From an uncultured bacterium (GTDB taxonomy: Bacteria; Bacillota_I; Bacilli_A; RF39; UBA660): 64,000 nt of DNA. The notes beneath the pieces are model-generated. The model did no database searches, had not been told where the DNA came from, and was given only the letters and a program-made list of their open reading frames with translations. The stretch covers positions 16,924-80,923 of the forward strand of contig CASDWO010000061.1 of the NCBI GenBank assembly GCA_949284575.1, read 5' to 3'. Below, piece after piece: positions 9,946 through 20,496 of the stretch. Numbering within the stretch: position 1 is the stretch's first letter; each line of letters starts with the position of its first letter. The position numbers were made by a program, and so were the translations under genes.

Positions 9946-9974
9946 AAACCCGTACCTTTCATAGTACGGGTTTT
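9946..9974. terminator. Terminator hairpin (cse60 end, possibly bidirectional)
   Basis: aaacccgtac-ctttcata-gtacgggtttt. Confidence 0.8.
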
Positions 9975-9996
9975 CGTAAATATATTATTTCTTTTT

Positions 9997-10167
9997 TTAA
10001 AAATAAATTATCATAGCAGAAAAGCAATAAATCTGCTCTTCTCCACTAGGAAAAGAACTAACAGCATACTTAATATCTACAACTTCTCCTTCCAAATCTC
10101 CTAAAAATTCATTCATAGCTTTTTGTAAATCACTTTCATCTTCATAGTCAAATATTTTTACTTTCAT
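9997..10167 (-). CDS. cse60: Sporulation protein Cse60 (DUF2758)
   Basis: Hand-translated 56 aa MKVKIFDYEDESDLQKAMNEFL...DIKYAVS...EQIYCFSAMIIYF matches the Cse60 pattern; not in the ORF track. Confidence 0.85.
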   Translation of the reverse strand: MKVKIFDYEDESDLQKAMNEFLGDLEGEVVDIKYAVSSFPSGEEQIYCFSAMIIYF

Positions 10168-10202
10168 ATAGCCTCAACCTTTCTACTATATTTTAAAACA
10201 CT

Positions 10203-10225
10203 TTTTCCACAAAAAATGTGGAAAA
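10203..10225. repeat. Inverted DnaA-box-like pair
   Basis: TTTTCCACA-N5-TGTGGAAAA. Confidence 0.6.
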
Positions 10226-10226
10226 A

Positions 10227-10259
10227 AAGCAAAGAGAATTATCTTTTTCCTCTTTGCTT
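10227..10259 (-). terminator. leuS terminator
   Basis: aagcaaagag...ctctttgctt with a T run on the minus strand. Confidence 0.7.
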
Positions 10260-10267
10260 GTTTAAAA

Positions 10268-12661
10268 CTATTTAACTACTATATTTACTATTTTACCTTT
10301 AATAACGATAACCTTTGCTATTTCTTTACCTTCAGTAAATCTCTTTACATTGTCTTGGACTAAAGCTTTTTCTTTAACTACTTCTTCACTGTCATCAACA
10401 TTTATTGTTATAGTAGCACGTACTTTACCATTTACTTGAACAGCTATTTCTTTTTCTTCTTCTACTAGATATTTTTCATCATACATTGGATAAGATTCAT
10501 TATGTATAGAATATTTATTTCCAATAGAAGTCCATAACTCTTCTGTTATATGAGGAGCGAATGGTGCAAGCATTAAAAGAAGTTGTTCAATATAGTATCT
10601 TGGAATGCCACTCTTTTCATATTTTACTAAGATATTTGCATATTCCATTATTTTGGCTATAGATGTATTAAAATGAAATTTATCTAAGTCTTCTCTTATT
10701 ACTTTTAGAGAATTATGTAATACTTTATCTATATCAAGTATTCTTTCATCACTTTCTTTAATAGCATTAGTAAGACGTTCTACTTTACGATAGAATTTAT
10801 TGATAGCAACTATACCATCATCAGTCCAAGGTCCACCATCTATATAGTTAAATCCAAACATTAAATACCCTCTTAGGACATCTGCTCCATATTCTTCTAC
10901 TAATGGATCAGGTGCTACGGTATTACCTTTAGATTTAGACATTTTTTCTCCATCAGGTCCTAATATTGTACCTTGATGTACTAATGATAAGAATGGTTCA
11001 TCAAAGTTTAAATATCCCATATCTCTTAAGGCTTTAGTAAAGAATCTTGCATATAGTAAGTGCATACAAGCGTGTTCTACTCCACCTATATATTTATCAA
11101 CAGGTAATATTTTATTAATTAATTCCTTATTAAATGGTTCTTTATCATTATGAGCATCAGGATATCTTAAATAATACCAACTAGAGCAGACAAATGTATC
11201 TAGGGTATCTGCTTCTCTTGTTGCTTTCTTACCACATTTAGGACAAGTACATTCCATAAACTCTTTACACTTCTTAAGCGGACTTTCACCATCTGGAGTA
11301 AATTCTACATTCATTGGTAATTTTACTGGTAAATCTTTTTCAGGAACTGGTACTATTCCACAGTCTTCACAATAAATAATAGGAATAGGAGCTCCCCAAT
11401 ATCTTTGACGAGATACTAACCAATCTCTTAATTTGTAAGTTGTAGTCTTCTTTCCATAGCCTTTTTCTTCTAAATAAGCATTCATTTTATTTAAAGCATC
11501 TTCTTTATTTAAACCATTTAAAAAGTCAGAGTTAATATGAAGCCCATCGTCAACAAAAGCCTCTTTAGATAAGTCTCCACCTTCAAGAACTGGTATTATT
11601 TCTAAATTAAATTTTTTTGCAAATTCATAGTCTCTTTCATCATGAGCAGGAACAGCCATAATAGCTCCTGTTCCATAAGTTGATAAGACATAGTCACTAA
11701 TCCAAATTGGTATTTTTTTACCATTTATAGGATTAATTGCATAAGCACCTGTAAAGACTCCTGTCTTTTCTTTAGTAGTACTTGTTCTTTCAATATCACT
11801 TTGTTTACTAGCTTCTTCTTTATATTTATCAACAGCTTCTTTTTGTTCTTTAGTAGTTATTTTGTCAACTAATGGTAATTCAGGTGCTAAAACACAGTAA
11901 GTTGCTCCAAATAAAGTATCAGATCTAGTTGTAAATACTGTAAACTTTTCATTAGTACCGTCAACTTTAAAATCGACATAAGCTCCTACACTTTTACCTA
12001 TCCAATTACGTTGAAGATTTTTAGTTCTATCAGGCCAATCTAATTTATCTAAGTCATTTAATAGTTCTTCAGCGTAATCAGTAATTTTAAAGAACCATTG
12101 ACTCATATTCTTTCTAATAACAGTACTTCCACATCTTTCACAGTTTCCTGCTACTACTTGTTCATTAGCTAAAACAGTATTACAAGATGGACAGAAATTA
12201 ACAGGAGCTTCTTTCTTATAAGCAAGTCCTTTTTCATATAGTTTTAAAAACATCCACTGAGTCCATTTATAGTAATCTTCTTTACAAGTTTTAACTTCAT
12301 AGTCCCAGTCCCAAGAACCACCTATTCTTCTTAATTGTTTTTCCATAGTTTCAATATTTTTATCGGTACTAATAGCAGGATGAATTCCTGTTTTTATGGC
12401 ATAGTTTTCAGCAGGTAGACCAAATGCATCAAAACCCATTGGATGAAACAAATTATAACCATCCATTCTTTTAAATCTAGCCCAAGTATCAGCAACACTA
12501 TAGTTATACCAATGTCCTAAATGTAGTTTAGCACCACTAGGATAACTAAACATCTCTAGACAATAAAGTTTCTTTTTATCACTTTTATTATCAAATTTAT
12601 ATAGTTTATCTTCTTCCCATTTCTTTTCCCATTTTTCTTCTATTTCATTAAAATTAATCAT
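10268..12661 (-). CDS. leuS: Leucine--tRNA ligase
   Basis: [28 protein letters not shown] editing motif, QVNGK. Confidence 0.98.
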   Translation of the reverse strand: MINFNEIEEKWEKKWEEDKLYKFDNKSDKKKLYCLEMFSYPSGAKLHLGHWYNYSVADTWARFKRMDGYNLFHPMGFDAFGLPAENYAIKTGIHPAISTDKNIETMEKQLRRIGGSWDWDYEVKTCKEDYYKWTQWMFLKLYEKGLAYKKEAPVNFCPSCNTVLANEQVVAGNCERCGSTVIRKNMSQWFFKITDYAEELLNDLDKLDWPDRTKNLQRNWIGKSVGAYVDFKVDGTNEKFTVFTTRSDTLFGATYCVLAPELPLVDKITTKEQKEAVDKYKEEASKQSDIERTSTTKEKTGVFTGAYAINPINGKKIPIWISDYVLSTYGTGAIMAVPAHDERDYEFAKKFNLEIIPVLEGGDLSKEAFVDDGLHINSDFLNGLNKEDALNKMNAYLEEKGYGKKTTTYKLRDWLVSRQRYWGAPIPIIYCEDCGIVPVPEKDLPVKLPMNVEFTPDGESPLKKCKEFMECTCPKCGKKATREADTLDTFVCSSWYYLRYPDAHNDKEPFNKELINKILPVDKYIGGVEHACMHLLYARFFTKALRDMGYLNFDEPFLSLVHQGTILGPDGEKMSKSKGNTVAPDPLVEEYGADVLRGYLMFGFNYIDGGPWTDDGIVAINKFYRKVERLTNAIKESDERILDIDKVLHNSLKVIREDLDKFHFNTSIAKIMEYANILVKYEKSGIPRYYIEQLLLMLAPFAPHITEELWTSIGNKYSIHNESYPMYDEKYLVEEEKEIAVQVNGKVRATITINVDDSEEVVKEKALVQDNVKRFTEGKEIAKVIVIKGKIVNIVVK

Positions 12662-13010
12662 TCTTACAACATCCTTTCTTCTTGTATATTCTTCCTACTA
12701 TATCATAACTTACAATTATTACAATCATTATTAAGACAAAGCCTACTAATAATTGTAAGTAGAAACTTTCTAATAATGAGACTATTGTTACTACTAAAGA
12801 AATATCAAAAGCACTAACTGCACTGATTATATTTAATAGTCTCTTGTAATTTAATTTCTCTAAATCTAGTTTATATTTACCTATTAAGTAACCTACTTCT
12901 ACAGGTTTCTTTCTTCTTTTGTCTTTTTTAGCTTTTCTTACTAAAAACAGCTCATAAATTATAAATACGAGTAGAAACGTTAAAATAAATAGTATTAATT
13001 CTTCTAACAT
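12654..13010 (-). CDS. Small membrane protein (about 3 TM), overlaps the leuS start
   Basis: Hydrophobic segments; RBS AGGAGG. Confidence 0.75.
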   Translation of the reverse strand: MLEELILFILTFLLVFIIYELFLVRKAKKDKRRKKPVEVGYLIGKYKLDLEKLNYKRLLNIISAVSAFDISLVVTIVSLLESFYLQLLVGFVLIMIVIIVSYDIVGRIYKKKGCCKND

Positions 13011-13024
13011 AGCATACCTCCTAA

Positions 13025-13225
13025 TAAAAATAGATTTCTACTTGCAAGGACGATATTTATCGCGGTACCACCTTGTTTCATAGAAATCTATGCACTTTAA
13101 AGTTATATCGGACCTATCCGTAAATGCTTAAGGTTATCAAGTTCAAAAAGCTATTTTGTTTGTTTTCACCAACCACAAACTCTCTATTAAAATATTACTT
13201 TTTTACTACTACAACCACATTTAAA
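13025..13225 (-). promoter_or_regulatory. T-box riboswitch (Leu)
   Basis: AGAGA and GGUGAAA stem-I motifs; GAA-CUU specifier at 13139-13144; AAGGUGGUACCGCG...CGUCCUU antiterminator. Confidence 0.9.
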
Positions 13226-13235
13226 ATCTAGTATT

Positions 13236-13264
13236 ATTATACGAAATATTTAATCGTTATGCAA
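13236..13264 (-). promoter_or_regulatory. Sigma-A promoter of the T-box/leuS operon
   Basis: TTGCAT-17-TATAAT. Confidence 0.7.
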
Positions 13265-14137
13265 CTACTTTTTAGTAAGACTATATGTTTTTACTCTATA
13301 AACTAAATCGGAATGAACGATAGAATTACATATTGGTAATATTTCTTCTTTAGAGATTAAACAAGGATTATATGATCTTTTAGATCTTACAGGAAACATT
13401 GTAATAATTTTATTTGTATTGGGAATAGTAGCAACTCGAAAATAGTTTAAAACTTCTCTATGGCCATCACTTATACCTATTTTTCTAAATTTAAATATAT
13501 AACTATCAGAAAAATCCCATTCTAATTTTATTTCTCTTTTTTCAAATTCAATATTTCTTGAAGCTGCTAAAAATAATTCTTCTAAATCATAATAGTTATA
13601 GAATATAGAACCTGTATTAGAATTTGTTTTATTATTAGAAGTAATATGTCTTGAACTGATATGTTCAATAGCTTTTTTATAATCGTATTTTATATATTGT
13701 TTTTCTTTATAATTTAAATTAGGAGGAGTTTCAATAGTTTTATTTACAAAAGTTTTTAAAAACACTTGCAATCTTCTTAAATATGTTTGAGCAGATTTTA
13801 CTTGCTCATTAGTATTTAAATCTTGAAAAGGCCTATTTTTATTTTTACTCCATAAATTATATAATTTATCATATCTTTCTAATTTTATATATAGTTGTGA
13901 TAATTCTTTAAAGACAGAAAAGTAATTATGACTTTGATCTTTTAAAAGTTCTAAAGCTTTTTTCAAAGCTCCTTGTTGTGAATATATACGTGCTAAAATA
14001 ACACTAACATCGGGATCTTTTTTATTATAATCTAAATATCCTTTAAGTAGTATTTCTGCTTTTTTTATATTACCTTCTTCAATACTTGTTTCAGCTTCTC
14101 TTAAAATTTTAATTTTTAAATTATTATTTTCCATCAT
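13265..14137 (-). CDS. TPR-like N-terminus plus a putative toxin-type RNase domain
   Basis: Helical repeat (LARIYSQQGALKKALELL); C-terminal HISSRH...GSIF...KIG...FRV...IITMFPV; RBS GGAG before MMEN. Confidence 0.6.
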   Translation of the reverse strand: MMENNNLKIKILREAETSIEEGNIKKAEILLKGYLDYNKKDPDVSVILARIYSQQGALKKALELLKDQSHNYFSVFKELSQLYIKLERYDKLYNLWSKNKNRPFQDLNTNEQVKSAQTYLRRLQVFLKTFVNKTIETPPNLNYKEKQYIKYDYKKAIEHISSRHITSNNKTNSNTGSIFYNYYDLEELFLAASRNIEFEKREIKLEWDFSDSYIFKFRKIGISDGHREVLNYFRVATIPNTNKIITMFPVRSKRSYNPCLISKEEILPICNSIVHSDLVYRVKTYSLTKK

Positions 14138-14208
14138 TATCTCCGTTTTAATCATTTTATTATAGAATGAGAAGATGAGCAAGAGGAAATTATAGGTAAA
14201 TAGTGACA

Positions 14209-14832
14209 TTATTTTGTTTTCTTCTTTACTTTAGAAGATAGTCCACTTACTAAATTACCACACATAAGACCCATATAAGCTCCTACTGCTGTAATTATAA
14301 TCCAAAATGTTGTATCTTTTATATTAGATTCTCTACTTTCTCTTACCTTTATTACACTATCATAATTAACAGTTTTAATATTTATTTCTTCTAGAATATT
14401 TTCATAACTTGCAGGTAATTCACTAGCTTCTACTTTATAATCTGCAGTATTATCAAAATTGTTTATAGCAGATAAAGAATTACCATTTTCAAATTGATTT
14501 TGTTTTGTAGTTATTTCTTCATCTGTTAAACTATCATTTGAAAAACCATATAAATCCACATCATAATCATCATTTGATGGTATATAGCTTTTTACTTCTA
14601 ATTCATTCATTTCTTCTATCTCATTAGACGTTAAAAATTCTGAAGTTGGGATTAGTCTAGTTAAGCCATCTATTGTCCTAATTGTTGTATCTGTAGTTAC
14701 CTCATAAGTATTGATATAATCTCTTATAAATGGTTTCCTATCATTGAGAGCAAAAACTGCTCCTCCTATTATTAAACCTCCTGTAACAGCACCTATTGTT
14801 AAATTTCTAACATATTTACCTTTTTCTTGCAT
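14209..14832 (-). CDS. Hypothetical membrane protein (N- and C-terminal TM, acidic middle)
   Basis: Two hydrophobic segments; RBS GAGGAGG. Confidence 0.75.
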   Translation of the reverse strand: MQEKGKYVRNLTIGAVTGGLIIGGAVFALNDRKPFIRDYINTYEVTTDTTIRTIDGLTRLIPTSEFLTSNEIEEMNELEVKSYIPSNDDYDVDLYGFSNDSLTDEEITTKQNQFENGNSLSAINNFDNTADYKVEASELPASYENILEEINIKTVNYDSVIKVRESRESNIKDTTFWIIITAVGAYMGLMCGNLVSGLSSKVKKKTK

Positions 14833-14900
14833 ACTACTTCCTCCTCGAGATACTCTTTATTATAACATTTTTTCTTTTGTAATCAACAAAAAAAGAGACA

Positions 14901-15269
14901 TTATTTTGTCTCTTCTTTAACACTATCATCTACTAAGGTAATGATTGCAAGTAATGCTCCATCACCACGACGTTCGTTAAGTTTTAAAATCCTAGTATAT
15001 CCACCATTACGGTTAGCATATTTAGGAGCTAGTTCATTAAATACTTTATTTACAACAGCTTTATCGTTATGAACAAAAGCTAGGGCTCTACGACGACTAC
15101 CAAGATCACCCTTCTTACCATAAGTAATCATTTTTTCAACAGCTTTTCTAGTCTCTTTTGCTCTTGTTTCAGTAGTTGTTACACTACCGTTCATAATTAC
15201 TTGTTTAGTAAGAGTTGCTAACATACTTCTTCTGTGTTTATTATCAACGCCTAATTTTCTATATGCCAT
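14901..15269 (-). CDS. rplQ: 50S ribosomal protein L17
   Basis: [15 protein letters not shown]. Confidence 0.98.
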   Translation of the reverse strand: MAYRKLGVDNKHRRSMLATLTKQVIMNGSVTTTETRAKETRKAVEKMITYGKKGDLGSRRRALAFVHNDKAVVNKVFNELAPKYANRNGGYTRILKLNERRGDGALLAIITLVDDSVKEETK

Positions 15270-15281
15270 AAGTTTACCTCC

Positions 15282-16232
15282 TTAATCATCATCTCTTAGG
15301 TCAAGCCCTAATTCTTTAATTTTGTCTAATACTTCTTTTAATGATTTCTTTCCTAAGTTACGGATTTTCATCATATCGTTTTCACTTTTGTTAACTAAGT
15401 CTTGTAGAGTATGAACTCCTGCTCTTTTTAAACAGTTATATGCTCTTACTGAGAAGTCTAAGTCTTCAATAGAAGTTTCTAAAGCTTTTGTCTTAGGATC
15501 TTCAGTTTTTTCAATCATCATACTACTAACATTAGAAATATCACTAAGATCAGTAACTAATTTGAAGTGTTCTATTAAGATTTTAGCTGCTAAAGCGATT
15601 GATTCTTCTGGTTTAATAGAACCATTAGTCCATACTTCCATTACTAATTTATCATAGCTTTCATCTTGACCAACACGAGCACTTTCTACTTCATAAGAAA
15701 TACGCTCAATTGGTGAATAGATAGCATCCATAGCAATGAAGCCATTTTTCTTATCATCTTCTCTTAAATTAGATTCTTCACTTTTTACATAACCACGACC
15801 ATTTGTAATCATAACTTGCATATTGATATGACCATCTTTAGCAAGATTAGCGATTACATGATCTTTATTAATGATTTCAATATCAGGATCTTCATCAAAA
15901 TCAGCAGCAGTTACAGGACCTTCACCACTTTTATTTAAAGTTAGAATCTTCATATCATTAGTATGGTTTTTAATAACTATACCTTTTAAATTTAAAATAA
16001 TAGTAGTTACATCCTCAATTACACCATCAAGAGTTTGGAATTCATGTAGTACACCTTCTATTTTTACAGCACTAATAGCACTACCTGGAAGAGATGATAA
16101 CATAACTCTTCTTAAGGCATTACCAATAGTAGTACCAAATCCTCTTTCTAGTGGCTCTAATTCAAATTTTCCGTAGAAATTATTTTCTACATAATCGGCA
16201 ATTTTATAAATTGGTTTTTCAAATTCTATCAA
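15282..16232 (-). CDS. rpoA: RNA polymerase alpha subunit
   Basis: EPLERGFGTT, SVRAYNCLKR; TTG start. Confidence 0.98.
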   Translation of the reverse strand: MIEFEKPIYKIADYVENNFYGKFELEPLERGFGTTIGNALRRVMLSSLPGSAISAVKIEGVLHEFQTLDGVIEDVTTIILNLKGIVIKNHTNDMKILTLNKSGEGPVTAADFDEDPDIEIINKDHVIANLAKDGHINMQVMITNGRGYVKSEESNLREDDKKNGFIAMDAIYSPIERISYEVESARVGQDESYDKLVMEVWTNGSIKPEESIALAAKILIEHFKLVTDLSDISNVSSMMIEKTEDPKTKALETSIEDLDFSVRAYNCLKRAGVHTLQDLVNKSENDMMKIRNLGKKSLKEVLDKIKELGLDLRDDD

Positions 16233-16250
16233 TTTAGTAACCTCCCTTTT

Positions 16251-16634
16251 TTAACCACGTGGCCGTTTTGGTGGACGGCAACCATTATGTGGAATAGGTG
16301 TAACATCTGTAATTCCTGTTACTTCTAAACCAGCTGTTTGAAGTGATCTAATAGCTGTTTCTCTACCTGGTCCTAAACCTTTAACAAATACCTCTACTTT
16401 ACGCATTCCCATATCATAAGCTGCTTTTCCAGCTTGTTCTGAAGCCATACCAGCAGCAAATGGAGTTGATTTTTTACTTCCTTTAAATCCTAAAGCTCCA
16501 CTTGAAGCCCAACTTATAGTATTTCCTGCTTTATCAGTAATAGTAATTATTGTATTATTAAAAGTTGCACAAATATGTACGACACCTTCTGGTACATTCT
16601 TTTTAACTTTTCTTTTTCTAGTTTTATAAGCCAT
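16251..16634 (-). CDS. rpsK: 30S ribosomal protein S11
   Basis: [17 protein letters not shown]. Confidence 0.98.
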   Translation of the reverse strand: MAYKTRKRKVKKNVPEGVVHICATFNNTIITITDKAGNTISWASSGALGFKGSKKSTPFAAGMASEQAGKAAYDMGMRKVEVFVKGLGPGRETAIRSLQTAGLEVTGITDVTPIPHNGCRPPKRPRG

Positions 16635-16649
16635 AACTTAACCTCCTAA

Positions 16650-17018
16650 CTATGCTTTCTTCTTGTTAGCAACTACTTTACCTCTACCCTTACGAGTACG
16701 AGCATTACGATTGGTTCTTTGTCCTCTTACAGGTAGCCCTTTTTTATGACGAGTTCCTTGATAAGAATTAATTTCCATTTTTGTTTTAATATTCATACTA
16801 ACTTCACGACGTAAATCTCCTTCAGTTAGATGATTATTAATTTCATCTCTTAAAGCGATTAATTCATCTTGTGTTAAATCTCCTGCTTTTTTAGTAGGTT
16901 CAACTTTAGCATTTTTACAAATTGTTTTTGCTAAACTTCTACCAATTCCATAAATGTAAGTAAGTGATATACATATATGTTTATCATTTGGAATATCTAC
17001 ACCTTTAATACGTGCCAT
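16650..17018 (-). CDS. rpsM: 30S ribosomal protein S13
   Basis: [17 protein letters not shown]. Confidence 0.98.
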   Translation of the reverse strand: MARIKGVDIPNDKHICISLTYIYGIGRSLAKTICKNAKVEPTKKAGDLTQDELIALRDEINNHLTEGDLRREVSMNIKTKMEINSYQGTRHKKGLPVRGQRTNRNARTRKGRGKVVANKKKA

Positions 17019-17033
17019 AACTTCTCCTCCTTA

Positions 17034-17147
17034 TTAACCTTGTCTTTGTTTATGTTTTGGATTTTCACAAATAATTCTTAATTTACCTTTTCTTCTTACT
17101 ATTTTGCATTTTGGGCAAATAGGTTTTACACTTGCCTTTACTTTCAT
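17034..17147 (-). CDS. rpmJ: 50S ribosomal protein L36 (zinc-binding type)
   Basis: Hand-translated [37 protein letters not shown]; not in the ORF track. Confidence 0.97.
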   Translation of the reverse strand: MKVKASVKPICPKCKIVRRKGKLRIICENPKHKQRQG

Positions 17148-17162
17148 TTTTATCCCTCCTAA

Positions 17163-17378
17163 TTATTTACGATAGGTAATACGCCCACGTGTTAAATCAT
17201 AAGGTGATAGTTCTAACATTACGGTATCTCCTGGTAAGATGCGAATGTAATTCATTCGTATTTTACCAGAAACGTGAGCTTCCACAATGTGACCATTTTC
17301 AAGTTTAACTTTGAACTTACCACCAGGTATAATTTCTAAAACTTTACCTTCTACTTCAATAACATCATCTTTGGCCAT
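17163..17378 (-). CDS. infA: Translation initiation factor IF-1
   Basis: [24 protein letters not shown]. Confidence 0.98.
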   Translation of the reverse strand: MAKDDVIEVEGKVLEIIPGGKFKVKLENGHIVEAHVSGKIRMNYIRILPGDTVMLELSPYDLTRGRITYRK

Positions 17379-17383
17379 AAAAA

Positions 17384-18130
17384 TCACTCTCCTGTTAATA
17401 TTTCTACACCATCATTAGTAATAGCAATTGTATGTTCATAATGTGCTGCATTTGATGAATCTTCAGTAACTACAGTCCAATCATTATCAAGTATATAAAT
17501 ATCAGGTTTGCCAAATGTTAGCATTGGTTCTATGGCTATTACCATACCATCTCTTATTTTAGGTCCTGTTTCCTTAGTACCATAATTAGGTACATCAGGA
17601 GCTTCATGGACTTTAGTACCTACACCATGACCAACCAATTCCTTGACAACACCAAGATTATGCTTGTTAGCATAATTTTCAATAGCATAACTAATATCTC
17701 CGATTCTATTACCTACTTTGGCTTGTTTAATACCTTCATATAAAGCTTTTTCAGTATGTTCTAGAAGATATTTATCATCTTCACTAATTTTTCCTACAGC
17801 ATAAGTCCAAGCAGAATCACCATGATAACCTTTATAACAAGCGCCAATATCAATAGATATGATATCGCCTTCTTCCAAAATACGTTCACTTGGAAAACCG
17901 TGAACTACTTCATCATTAATACTTATACATAAAGTATAAGGAAAACCTTCATAACCTTTAAATGAAGGAGTGGCACCATGATCTTTAATAAACTTTTCTG
18001 CTAATTTGTCTAGTTCTATAGTTTTGATACCAGGTTTGATAAAGGGACGTAAATATTGATGGGTAAGATATACAATATTACCTGCTTTCTTTAATAAGTC
18101 AATTTCTCTTTTACTTTTTAAAGTTATCAT
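17384..18130 (-). CDS. map: Methionine aminopeptidase type I
   Basis: VVHGFP, DSAWT, GHGVG, AIEPM, HYEHT. Confidence 0.97.
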   Translation of the reverse strand: MITLKSKREIDLLKKAGNIVYLTHQYLRPFIKPGIKTIELDKLAEKFIKDHGATPSFKGYEGFPYTLCISINDEVVHGFPSERILEEGDIISIDIGACYKGYHGDSAWTYAVGKISEDDKYLLEHTEKALYEGIKQAKVGNRIGDISYAIENYANKHNLGVVKELVGHGVGTKVHEAPDVPNYGTKETGPKIRDGMVIAIEPMLTFGKPDIYILDNDWTVVTEDSSNAAHYEHTIAITNDGVEILTGE

Positions 18131-18132
18131 AT

Positions 18133-18792
18133 CTACATCCCCTTTTTCAAAATAGCTTCTATATTATTAGCAATATTAATAACAGTATCATCGCCATTAA
18201 CTACATATAATATACCTTTTTTGCGATAATAGTCAAGTAAAGGTTTGGTTTTTTCTAAATATAAGTTATATCTATTTTTAAAAGAAGTAATATTATCATC
18301 ATTTCTTTGATATAATCTAGAACCACATTTATCACAAATTGATTCTTCTTTTGGAGATTCTGTTTCAGAATTTATATTGTAAACAGCATTACAACTTTTA
18401 CATATTCTTCTTCCAGTAATTCTCTTTTCTAAAATATCTTCACTAATATCTAATAATATGACATAACCTAATGTTTGATGTAATTCTTTTAACATTTCGT
18501 CATATTTATAGGCTTGCTCTATATTTCTTGGATATCCATCTAGAACATAACCATTTTGACAATCTTTTTCACTTAGACGTTTTAATAATAGATCATAAGT
18601 TACTTCATCTTTTACTAAACCGCCACTTGTCATTACTTCTCTTATATATCGGCCTAATTCAGTATCTTCTAAAGATTCTTTTCTTAAAACATCACCAGTA
18701 GAGATATGGGGAAGATGATATTTCTTTTCTAAAATCGCACTTTGAGTTCCCTTACCAGCAGCAGGGGGCGCGATAAAGATTATATTTTTCAT
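18133..18792 (-). CDS. adk: Adenylate kinase
   Basis: PPAAGKGT, HISTGD, DGYPR, CxxC lid. Confidence 0.97.
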   Translation of the reverse strand: MKNIIFIAPPAAGKGTQSAILEKKYHLPHISTGDVLRKESLEDTELGRYIREVMTSGGLVKDEVTYDLLLKRLSEKDCQNGYVLDGYPRNIEQAYKYDEMLKELHQTLGYVILLDISEDILEKRITGRRICKSCNAVYNINSETESPKEESICDKCGSRLYQRNDDNITSFKNRYNLYLEKTKPLLDYYRKKGILYVVNGDDTVINIANNIEAILKKGM

Positions 18793-20051
18793 CTTCTACT
18801 ATAACCCTTCTTATAATTTCTAGAAAGCAAGCTACCCTCTATTTGTTTATAAGTTTCAAGAGCAACTCCTACAACAATTAATAAACCAGTTCCTCCAATA
18901 CTAACACTAGCTGGAAGACTTGTAACGTTTGAAAAAATTATTGGAAGAGCAACTATTATTGTTAGGAAAACAGATCCTAAACAAGTAATTCTACTTAGTA
19001 TTTTTGAAAGATATCTTCTTGTTTCCTCACCTGGTCTAATTCCTGGAATATAACCACCATTTTCTTGAAGATTTTTTGAAAATTCTTCTGGACGGAAAGT
19101 CATAAATGTATAAACAAAACCAAATAAGAAAATGAATATTACATAGATTACAAATCCTACAGGAGTTGTATATGTTAAATATTTCTCTACAAAAAGACTA
19201 AATCCTTCATTATTAATTAATCCCGCAATAATTCCAGGTATTGCCATTAAACTTGAAGCAAAGATTACGGGAACAACACCAGCAGTATTTACTTTAATTG
19301 GAACATATGAAGCACTTGCTCCTAAAGCTGTTGATTTATTAGCATATTGAATAGGAACTTTTCGCTCAGCCATTTGAACAAAAACTACACCAATAATAAT
19401 AGCAAAATAGATTAAGGCAAATCCTATAAATTTAACAATACCTAATGCTATTTGTTGAGCAGTTCCATCAAGAACAACAAGGCCACCCCAAGCATCTATA
19501 AACATTTGTGGTAATGTTGCAATAATACCAGCCATAATTATTAGACTTAAACCATTACCAATTCCTTTAGCTGTAATTCTATCTCCTAACCATAAAAGGA
19601 AAGCAGTTCCTGCAGTTAGGACTATTGAAATATATAGATAATCTGTAGGGCTAGCAGTTTTTCCTAAAAACATGAAGGAAAAAGCGTAACCTTGTAGAAA
19701 AGCAAGTGCTATTCCTAGATATCTTGAATATGTATTTATTTTTCTTTGTCCTGTAGCTCCTTGTTTTCTTAATTCTTGGATATTAGGAATTAATTCTCCT
19801 AATAATTGCATAATAATTGTTGCAGTAATATAAGGCATAACTCCTAATGCGAAAATTGAAAAGTTCTGTAGAGCACCTCCACCCATAACGTTAACTAATT
19901 CTAAGAAACCTAAATTATTAGTAACGCTACTAGTACCAGGTACTTGAATAGTAGTTCCAATTATAAATATAGCTAAAGCTACAAAAGTAAAACCTATTCT
20001 TTTAAGTAAATCTCTATTCGTAGGCTTAAATAACTGCTTTAATAGAGACAT
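18789..20051 (-). CDS. secY: Preprotein translocase SecY
   Basis: FSIFALGVMPYIT, GIGNGLS, IPGIRPG. Confidence 0.97.
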   Translation of the reverse strand: MSLLKQLFKPTNRDLLKRIGFTFVALAIFIIGTTIQVPGTSSVTNNLGFLELVNVMGGGALQNFSIFALGVMPYITATIIMQLLGELIPNIQELRKQGATGQRKINTYSRYLGIALAFLQGYAFSFMFLGKTASPTDYLYISIVLTAGTAFLLWLGDRITAKGIGNGLSLIIMAGIIATLPQMFIDAWGGLVVLDGTAQQIALGIVKFIGFALIYFAIIIGVVFVQMAERKVPIQYANKSTALGASASYVPIKVNTAGVVPVIFASSLMAIPGIIAGLINNEGFSLFVEKYLTYTTPVGFVIYVIFIFLFGFVYTFMTFRPEEFSKNLQENGGYIPGIRPGEETRRYLSKILSRITCLGSVFLTIIVALPIIFSNVTSLPASVSIGGTGLLIVVGVALETYKQIEGSLLSRNYKKGYSRR

Positions 20052-20052
20052 A

Positions 20053-20496
20053 TTAGATCACCTCGGCTTTACTTCCTGATTCATTAATTTTTTCTAAAGC
20101 ACTTTTTGAAAATTTATGAGCTTCAATAGTAAGCTTTTTATTTAAAGTACCATTTCCTAATATTTTAATACCATCTAGTTGTTTTTTAACAATGCCTTTT
20201 TCTTTTAATAAGGCTGGTGTTACAACAGTTCCATCTTCAAAATTATTTAAATCGCTAAGATTTACAACTGCATATTTAGTTTTAAAATCATGATTACTAA
20301 ATCCTCTTTTTGGAAGTCTTCTATATAATGGTAATTGTCCTCCTTCAAATACTGGAGAAACTCCACCACCGCTACGAGCGTTTTGTCCTTTGTGTCCTTT
20401 TCCTGATGTTTTACCACGACCAGAGCCAGGTCCACGACCAACTATTTTTTTTCTGAAAGTAGCGCCTTCATTTTTTTCTAATTCATGTAATTTCAT
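20053..20496 (-). CDS. rplO: 50S ribosomal protein L15
   Basis: [17 protein letters not shown]. Confidence 0.98.
   Translation of the reverse strand: MKLHELEKNEGATFRKKIVGRGPGSGRGKTSGKGHKGQNARSGGGVSPVFEGGQLPLYRRLPKRGFSNHDFKTKYAVVNLSDLNNFEDGTVVTPALLKEKGIVKKQLDGIKILGNGTLNKKLTIEAHKFSKSALEKINESGSKAEVI

Noticed and set aside
14901..16634. Alternative genetic code (AGG, CGG or TGA reassignment, reported in some uncultured Bacilli and Mollicutes)
   Set aside because: In the sites I checked, AGG encodes the conserved Arg in L17 GGYTRI and CGG a conserved Arg near the S11 C-terminus. Conserved Trp residues use TGG, and TGA terminates secY, map and trmB. This was a spot check, not a full codon analysis.
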